Shown here piece after piece: positions 56,801 through 64,000 of a DNA stretch of 64,000 nucleotides (the first letter of the stretch is position 1; each line of letters starts with the position of its first letter). The notes beneath the pieces are model-generated. The model saw nothing but the letters and a program-made list of their open reading frames with translations, was not told the origin of the DNA and searched no databases. Location of the stretch: the NCBI RefSeq assembly GCF_016432865.1, contig NC_067400.1, forward strand, positions 628,990,001 to 629,054,000, written 5' to 3'. Position numbers and translations under genes: made by a program. The DNA is from Antechinus flavipes (taxonomy: Eukaryota).

Positions 56801-59800
56801 CCCGCCTCCGAGCCAACATCACGGACCCCTCCGCCCCCGAGCTGCTCCACTTCCTGCTGGGCCCGCTGCAGATGGTGAGGGGGCCCCGCCCGGGGGAGGC
56901 GGAGGGGGCTGGGCACGCGGGGGGAGGCCAGGCTGGGGCATCGCCTCTGACCCCCGCTAGGTGGTGGACACGTCCGGGGGCCCCGGCCTGGCCCAGGCCG
57001 TGCAGCAGCCCCGTCTGACGGCCGAGGCCGTGGCGCTGCTGAAAGAGAGTCTGACCCCCCGAGAGGCGGAGCTCTGGACTTCCCTGGGAGACTCGTGGAC
57101 CAAAGCCCGGTACGTGGGGCCTTCCCAGCCCCCACAAAGCCGTCTCCCCTGGTCTGCCCGGCGCCCCCGGGAGGGAGGCATTGTCCCCATTACGGACGAG
57201 GAAACTGAGGCACGCGGCGCAGGGCTGCTGAGGGGACCCTCCTGTCCCCCGCAGGCTTGAGCTCCCCCCTGAGGACGGCGCCCCCTACACCCCGGCCTTC
57301 TACAGCGGCTGGGAGCCCGCCCCCCACACCCCCGGGGGCCAGCCCTGGGAGGATCCCGTGGAGGGGCAGCACCGCCATGAGAGGCGCCGCTGGCAGGTGA
57401 GCCCTCCGGGCCCCCGTCCGGGCTTCTGAGCTTCTCTGGAGGGTCCCGGGCGGGAAGGGCCAGAGCCCCCGCCCCGCCCTCAGCCCCCTCTTCTCTCCCT
57501 GGCAGCAATCGGCCCCGCAGATCGAGGTCAATGGGTGAGTCTGGAGGTGGGCGGGGAAAGAGGCGGGGCATCGGCGCGGGGGCGGGGCCGGGGGCGGCTC
57601 GGCCCGGGGAGGCTCTAACCATCGGTCTCCGTCTCTCTGTGTCTGTGTCTGTGTCTCGGGGCTCTGTCGGGCGATGCAGGTGGGTGAGGTGGTGAGAGGG
57701 TGGGGAGGGGGCAGGTGGGGGGAGGGGCTCAGACACGATCAGCGGGGCTTTTGGAGGGGGACAGGCAGGGACGGGGGGGGAGACAGGGAGAGCAGAGAGG
57801 GTGGCGAGGGAGGGGCCGGGGCAGAGACACAGAAACGCACCCACGAGGACTGGAAAGGGAACAGGAGGACGGACGGGGGAGGAGCTCTGGGCCGGAGGGG
57901 GAGGAATCAGCTTCGGGGAGGAGAGCCGAGGGGCCGGGGCGGAGGGGCCAGCAACCTGCGCCCCTGGGGGCGGCCGTGCGCCGTGGAGGGGGCAGAAGCG
58001 GGGCTCTGCAGGGACCGGAGCCCGGAGCTGTCAGCCCCGAACAGGGAGGGGCCGAGGCCCTGAAGACCCCCCTCCCTTGCACAGGTAAGATTGGGGAGGC
58101 TCCTCCTTGCTCTCCTCAGCCCCAGGAACACATCCCCCCCTCCGCCATAGCTTCCCTCCCACTGTCTCTCTGTCTCCGTCTCTTGTCTCTCCCCCTCTTT
58201 TTTCTGTCTTGTCTCTCTCACTTTCTCCCCTCCCCTCTCCATCTCTCTTTCTCCCCCTCCATCCCTCTGTGTGTCTTCTCTCCCTCCCCTCTCCTTTTAT
58301 CTCTCTTATCTCTTCCTCCCTCTCCGTCTCTCCGTCTCTCCCTCCCCACTTCTTTATCTCTGTCTTCCCTCTCCCTGGCTCCGTGTCCATCTCTGGATCT
58401 GTCTCTCCCTCAGTCCCTCCCCCCACTTTCTCTGCCCAGGTTTCTGGGTCTCTGCCTCTGTTTCTCACATTTCACTGTTTTTGAGGCCCTGGGTCAGCCC
58501 AGCTTCCCCTCTCCCGCCCCTCCCCCCGAGAGTCCCCGCCCCTGCCCCGCCCCCTCGGGGGGCAGCTTCCCGCTGACCTCCTCCCCGCGGCCCCTCTCAG
58601 TCACACAGAGCCAGACTCCGAGCCGGAGCCCGAGTCCCAGCCCGAGCCCGAGGCGAGGGTCCCGGGGAAGTGGGTTCTCTGTAACTACGACTTCGAGGCC
58701 CGGAACGGCAGTGAGCTCTCTGTCCATCGAGGGGACCTGCTGGAGGTGACCAGACCCTGGGGCCCGGATGAGGGGGGGAGCAGCCGAAGCAGGGAAAGGC
58801 GGGGAGGCAGAGCGGGGAGACCTCGCCCCCCTTAGGCCGTCTCTCCTCCCCACGGGCTTCCCCCCGGAGCCTGCGGCAAGGGCGGCTCCCTTCCCTTCTC
58901 CCTGCGCTCTCCTCGGGATCCACCGCTCTTCCCAGGGCCCCCCTGCGTCCCCCCAGTGCTCAGCCCCCTGCAGCGTCCCTCCGGGGGGCCTTCCACTCAG
59001 GCGGCTGCAGGGACCACAGCCCAGCTCAGAGCCCCCTCCCCATCTGCCTTCTCCCCCCCCCCCACGCTGTGTCCTTCCTGCTGGGGCCCTCCCCAGGGGC
59101 CAGGTCCTCTTCCTCCCGAAGGTCTCTCCCACCAGCCATCCCTGCGCTCCCGGAGCCCGATCCGTGACCAGTTCCTAGCTAGTCTCTCCACATCCGGGGT
59201 TTCTCAAAGCTCCCCTGCCCCTAAAACCATCAGTGGCTCCCCATGGCTACAAGCTCTTCCACTTCCTGCACTCTGCCACGGGAGCCCAGGGCTCTGCCCC
59301 GACCTTCTCTCCTTCAGGAGCTCGTGGGCTTTTGTGCCCGAGTCTAGCCCCGCCCCCCCACGCCCATCCCCTGGTGGTCATTCCCCAGCCCTGTTTGGCT
59401 GCTCTGTGCTGTGTGGGGACCTGGCAAGGGATGGTGGAAGCGTCTCTATTAGACCCTGCCCTCGAGGGGCTTACACTGGGGAGGGGCTTACACCGGGGAG
59501 GGGCTTACACTGAGGAGGGGCTTGCACCGGGGAGGGGCTTATACCGAGGAGGGGCTTATACCGGGGAGGGGCTTACACCGGGGAGGGGCTTGCACCGGGG
59601 AGGGGCTTGCACCGGGGAGGGGCTTATACCGAGGAGGGGCTTATACCGAGGAGGGGCTTACACCGGGGAGGGGCTTGCACCGGGGAGGGGCTTACGCCGG
59701 GGAGGGGCTTACACTGAGGAGGGGCTTATACCGAGGAGGGGCTTATACCGAGGAGGGGCTTACACCGGGGAGGGGCTTGCACCGGGGAGGGGCTTACGCC

Positions 59801-61439
59801 GGGGAGGGGCTTACACTGAGGAGGGGCTTGCACCGGGGAGGGGCTTACACAGGGGAGGGGCTTGCACCGGGGAGGGGCTTACACCGAGGAGGGGCCGCTA
59901 GCTCCCAGACGCCTGGCGGCTGCTGAGAGCCCTCAGGAGGCTCCCTGGAGGAGGTGGTCCTCCCCAAGGCGTCACCGCAGGGCCCCGAGTGCTAGAAGGA
60001 GCCCTCCTCCAGTGAAGGAATAGAGGGAGGGACTCCTATAGGACTGAGTCTGTCTGCCCCCGCCCCCCAGGTCCTGGACGATGCCCGGAAATGGTGGAAG
60101 GTTCGGGACCTTCAGGGACAGCAGGGTTACGTCCCCTACAACATTCTCACCCCTCACCCCGGGCCCCCGAGCCGAAAAGCCAGCCCTGCCAGGGCCCTGG
60201 TGAGCAGGGGGGGAGGGGGAATCCGGGGGGGGGGGGGAGGGGGAAGCCCCGGTCCCGTGGGGTCAGGAGGCCTGAGGGCCCTCAGGTAACTTCCTTGTCC
60301 CTGCAGGAACAGAGGACCCCGCCCCCGCCCCCAGCCCCAGCCCCTCCCAGGCCCCGCTGGGGCAGCACAGACAGCCTGGACTTGGACGCTGGGGAGAAGG
60401 GTATGGGGGTCGCAGGTGGGGCCCCGGGAGGAGGGCGTGGGGGCCGCAGGTGGGGCCCCGGGAGGAGGGCGTGGGGGCCGCAGGTGGGGCCCCGGGAGGA
60501 GGGCGTGGGGCGCTTCCATCCAGGACTGCTCCCAGAAGGCCCTGTTCTGGAGCGTGTGTCCGCTCTGCACATTTCTCTGGCTCTCTCTTCCCTCATTTAC
60601 TCTGTGGGATACCTCTCCGCCTCGGGGCTGCACCCTGCTGTGGGGGGGGGGTCCCCCAGCCTTGACCCTTATTTGCCCTCCCCCCATTCTGCAGAAAAGT
60701 TCGCCCACATGTTGAGCGTCAACGAGGAGCTGCAGGCTCGGCTGGCGCAGGGGCCCCGGAATTCCAGCCGCGCCCCTAGCGCCGTCCGCCTGGCCCCGGA
60801 GCCTCCGCTCAGCCCCAGCTCCCCGGCCCCCCAGGTCCGAGCCTGGCTGCAGGCCAAGGGCTTCGGCCCCGGGTGAGTGTGCTCCGTAGGAAGCTCGGGA
60901 CTCTGGGGGCTGGGAGGGGGACGCTTTAGCTTCTCTGAAGCTCCACCCCGCCCCAGGACCCGAGTCTGGGCCCAGGCCGGCAGGACCTGGCCCTGGGAGG
61001 GGAGGCTGGGGGCTCAGGACGCCTGCGTTCTGGCGCAGAGACCGCTTAAGCGGGCAGGGGTGGGGTGGCCCGAGGGGGGAGGGGCCCCCTGACCGGCTTC
61101 TCTTCTCCCTCGTCCTTCAATAGGACCGTGAGTGCTCTGGGGGTCCTAACGGGCGCCCAGCTCTTCTCTCTCAAGAAGGACGAGCTGCAGGCAGTGAGCC
61201 CAGAGGAGGGGGCCCGGGTCTACAGCCAAGTCACCGTGCACCGAGCAATGCTGGAGGCGAGTCCGGACCGGACGCCCGGGTCCCCGAGCGGGGAGGGGGG
61301 CTCCCCCGAGGGGGCAGGGTCCTCAGCTCTGGTCCTTCCTTTCCGATCCCAGGACTCGGAGAAGCTGTCGGAGCTCCAGGCAGTGATGGAGAAGCAGAAG
61401 CGGAAGGTGGAGGGGGACACGGGCGGGGACGCGCCATGA
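53852..61439 (+). CDS. EPS8L1: EPS8-like protein 1 (PTB, SH3, SAM-like), ~698 or 741 aa
   Basis: Coding exons 53852-53868, 53972-54012, 54415-54473, 54559-54720, 55033-55182, 55498-55580, 55659-55813 (or -55942), 56016-56068, 56150-56276, 56627-56715, 56800-56874, 56961-57109, 57255-57396, 57506-57534, 58601-58745, 60071-60199, 60307-60400, 60695-60872, 61124-61256, 61353-61439. [50 protein letters not shown] 61605-61610. Confidence 0.96.
54825..54985. repeat. 39-bp intronic tandem repeat (~4 copies)
   Basis: CTGCCTCTGGGGTCAGAGGGGAGGGAATGGGGAGGGGGG. Confidence 0.85.
56275..56380. repeat. 24-bp intronic tandem repeat (~4 copies)
   Basis: GGAGGTGGGACCCCCGGAGAGGAG, starting at an EPS8L1 donor. 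Confidence 0.8.
59464..59893. repeat. 17-bp intronic minisatellite (~25 copies)
   Basis: GAGGGGCTT(A/G)(C/T)AC(C/T)G(G/A)G. Confidence 0.93.
60410..60510. repeat. 34-bp intronic tandem repeat (~3 copies)
   Basis: GCCCCGGGAGGAGGGCGTGGGGGCCGCAGGTGGG. Confidence 0.85.
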
Positions 61440-63237
61440 CCCTCGCACCCCGATTGCCCCTCCTCCTCCAGAAGCAGACCGAGCACCCCTCGAGACAAAC
61501 GGGTCCTCGCTCTTCTCCTCTCTCTCCTCGCCCGCCGGCCCCGCCCAACACGCTCCTGATTGGCTATCGGTGGGAGGGGCGGGGTCACGGGCCCGTGAAT
61601 AGGGAATAAAGTGTGTTGTGTCTTCTGCACGAGGCGTCCCCTTGGTCGCGGCTCTTCACCCAGCATGCGCCGGGGCTCCTGGCCCTCGCACCCGACTTTT
61701 TTCGGTGGCCCGTGCTGGGTGTCCCCATCTCAGAAAGCGTTTGAGAGAATGGATCCCAGGGGTTGGAAGTGCACAGGTCAGATTCCGAAGTGCTGACTGA
61801 ACCCCGGAAATTAGCAGCACTGAGGTCTAGGATCCCCCAGGATCCTACAAAAAGGAGGGAAGGGTGCAGGTTAAAGCGCAACCCTCCAAATCTGGGGTGG
61901 CCACCAGAGGGAGCCATGCCGGAGCTCCCAGGGACCTTTCCTTCTGGTTTAGGGGCTACCCAATGGCCTCGGGGCCCCCCCTGAGCTCCCATTGGGACTC
62001 CTTCCATTCATGTGGCGCCCCGCCCCCGACCTAAAAGTTTTCCTCTCTCCAAGGTCCTGCCGGCTACGCGTCCCACCCCCGCTCCCTCCATTAGCCGTCT
62101 TGTCCCATCCCACCGATGGCCCCGGCCCCCAGTCTCCACAATGAATCCTCAAACCTCCAGCTCCCCATCTATCCCCGGACACCCCAAACTACACGCCCCG
62201 CGTCACCCCAAAACGAGCACAGGAATCCCTCCTCTTGATTTGCCCCCTGATTCTCCTCCACTTCCTCTGCACGTCTGGGGCACCCGCCCGCCACCCACCA
62301 ACTAGTTGCCATGGCGATGGTCCTGTGGCATCTCCCCAGCCCGTGCCACAGCCATGAGGAGTTCCTCGAGAGGCCTGCGCACAGCAGGAGCCTAATCCAT
62401 GCCGACTCCGCTCCGAAGGCGCCCCCACACACAGACCCTGACACCCACAGCAAAGTCACACCCTTTAATCGCGGTGCCCCGTGGCCACGGCAGGTCTCAG
62501 GAAAATACTTTCTCTCAGCGTGGGTGCCCTCCCCCCACCCCCATCCCGACCCCGACCCCAGGCGGCGGGTGGCAACCCCGGCCACAAAAATAGAAGCCTC
62601 CTTCCCCTATTGCACATCATTAGTGGGCGTGGGGCCCCCAGAAAAAACCCACGCCCCTATATACACGTCCCAGCAGCCCCGGCCGAGGCTCGAGGGGGCA
62701 GGGACCATTGGCACATTCTTTGCTCCCTGGAGGGGGGAGGGGAGGAGGGGGTGGCAGCACACGTGGGGGGGGAGGGACGAGGAGGGGGAGGGGTGGCTGG
62801 GGATCTCTCGGCGCCTTGCTCCCCAAAGTCTGCATCCTCCTCCAGCCGCCCCGGGCCCCTGCCTCCTCCAGGCAGCTCAGGGCCCGGCCGCTTTCATCCA
62901 CTTCCTCCGGCCTTCCGCTCCCTTCGCTCCGCGCTGCGCCCCTCCCAGGGGCTGGTCCCATCCTTAGCAGCCCCAGCTCCCCTCCTCCAGCTCCCCGCCA
63001 GGGTCCCCAGGCTCCTTCCAGCCCAGGCAGCTGGATCCCCAGGGCCCTGAGGGGCTGGGGAGTGGTGGGGTATGGCTTTTTCAGGGGAGTGATTGGGGGG
63101 AGGAGATGCGGAGGTCCCCTCCAGGTCCCCAAGTTTCACACAAAGGAATGGTTTGTGGCAGAAGCAGCTGCATAAATAGGGGTGAGGGGAGCACGGGGGA
63201 GCAGAGTCGGCCCCCCCACCTCCCGGGGGTGGGGGAA

Positions 63238-63956
63238 TCACTTGGAGAGTTTGCTGATGACCCGGATCAGGGCTGCGTTCTCATCCTTCAAGCGCTGGTT
63301 GTCGGCCCGAAGGTCGGACAGGGCCTGAGAAGGGGGGAGGGGTGTCAAGAGGGAAGCAGCAAGACTACCCAGATTCCCCCCCCCTTCCCCCGCCCCAAGC
63401 CACTCTTCTCACCTTCAGCTCTTCCTCCAGCTGGGCTGCCTTCCTCTCCAGGGCCCTCCGCTCCTGGGGAAGGGGCCCGTCAGACGAAGGGGAGGACGGG
63501 GCCGGGCCCCCCCACCCCAGATGAAAAATCTCCCAGGGAAGCTTCAGGCCTGGGCCCACCCGGGTGCCCCTCCCCCCCTTCCCTTTCCTCCCACTTACAA
63601 ATCTCTCCAGCTCCAACATGGCCGGCCGCTCAGCGTACTGCTCTTGTCTCTGGGGGGGAAGAGAAGGTTGAGGGAAAGGAGAGAGGGAGAGCTCGGAGCT
63701 GGAAGAGGCGAGTGGGGGGAGGGGCGAGAGCAGGGGCGGGGCGAGAGCAGGGGGTGGGGCAGAGTAAGGACAGGGGGTGGGGCTGGGCAAGAGAACGGGG
63801 GCAGGGCAGAGGCGGGGCGAGGACAGGGAGCGGGGCGTGGGGAGCACTGACCTGCGTGGCCCGCTCCAGCTCCACCTTGAGCTGTGACAGCCCCAGGGTG
63901 GTCTCCTGCAGGGTCTCCCTCAGCCTCTCGTTCTCCCCCTGCAGGCTCAGGTACAG
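63238..63956 (-). CDS. PPP1R12C: PPP1R12C, last four coding exons (gene continues beyond the window)
   Basis: Exons 63956-63852 ([35 protein letters not shown]), 63649-63599 ([17 protein letters not shown]), 63463-63413 ([17 protein letters not shown]), 63324-63238 ([28 protein letters not shown]). A possible ATTAAA lies at 62469-62464. Confidence 0.95.
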
Positions 63957-64000
63957 CTGCGGCACAGTCGGGGCAGGGGGCACCGCTCAGGACTCAGAGC

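Overview
Eukaryotic genomic DNA, most likely a dasyurid-type marsupial (inferred from the L1 3' ends, WSINE1/MAR1-like SINEs and RDH13/EPS8L1 divergence). It is very GC-rich and VNTR-dense, and lies at the edge of the leukocyte receptor complex (LRC). The right half holds complete RDH13 (+, 41931-50417), complete EPS8L1 (+, 53852-61439) and the last four coding exons of PPP1R12C (-). The left half starts with an L1 fragment, a 500-N gap and a 4.5-kb AT-rich 66-bp array. It then holds five tandem + strand genes (called A-E here) that the ORF track misses because they are spliced. Each has LRC-type architecture: a 34-nt first coding exon, a 27-42-nt mini-exon and two phase-1 C2-type Ig exons. 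Instead of stalk/TM/ITIM exons, each ends in one short exon followed by AATAAA. In A, B and C that exon encodes a C-terminal hydrophobic peptide shaped like a GPI-anchor signal. In D the same signal sits one base out of frame. In E a 1-nt shift bypasses the stop and gives a ~20-aa hydrophobic segment plus a tail. The best candidate for an undescribed system is this family of putatively GPI-anchored GP6/LILR-like two-Ig proteins, shaped by duplication, chimerism and conversion. All exon calls were made by eye from splice signals, phase and recalled protein families. No database search or predictor was run, and novelty is unverified.
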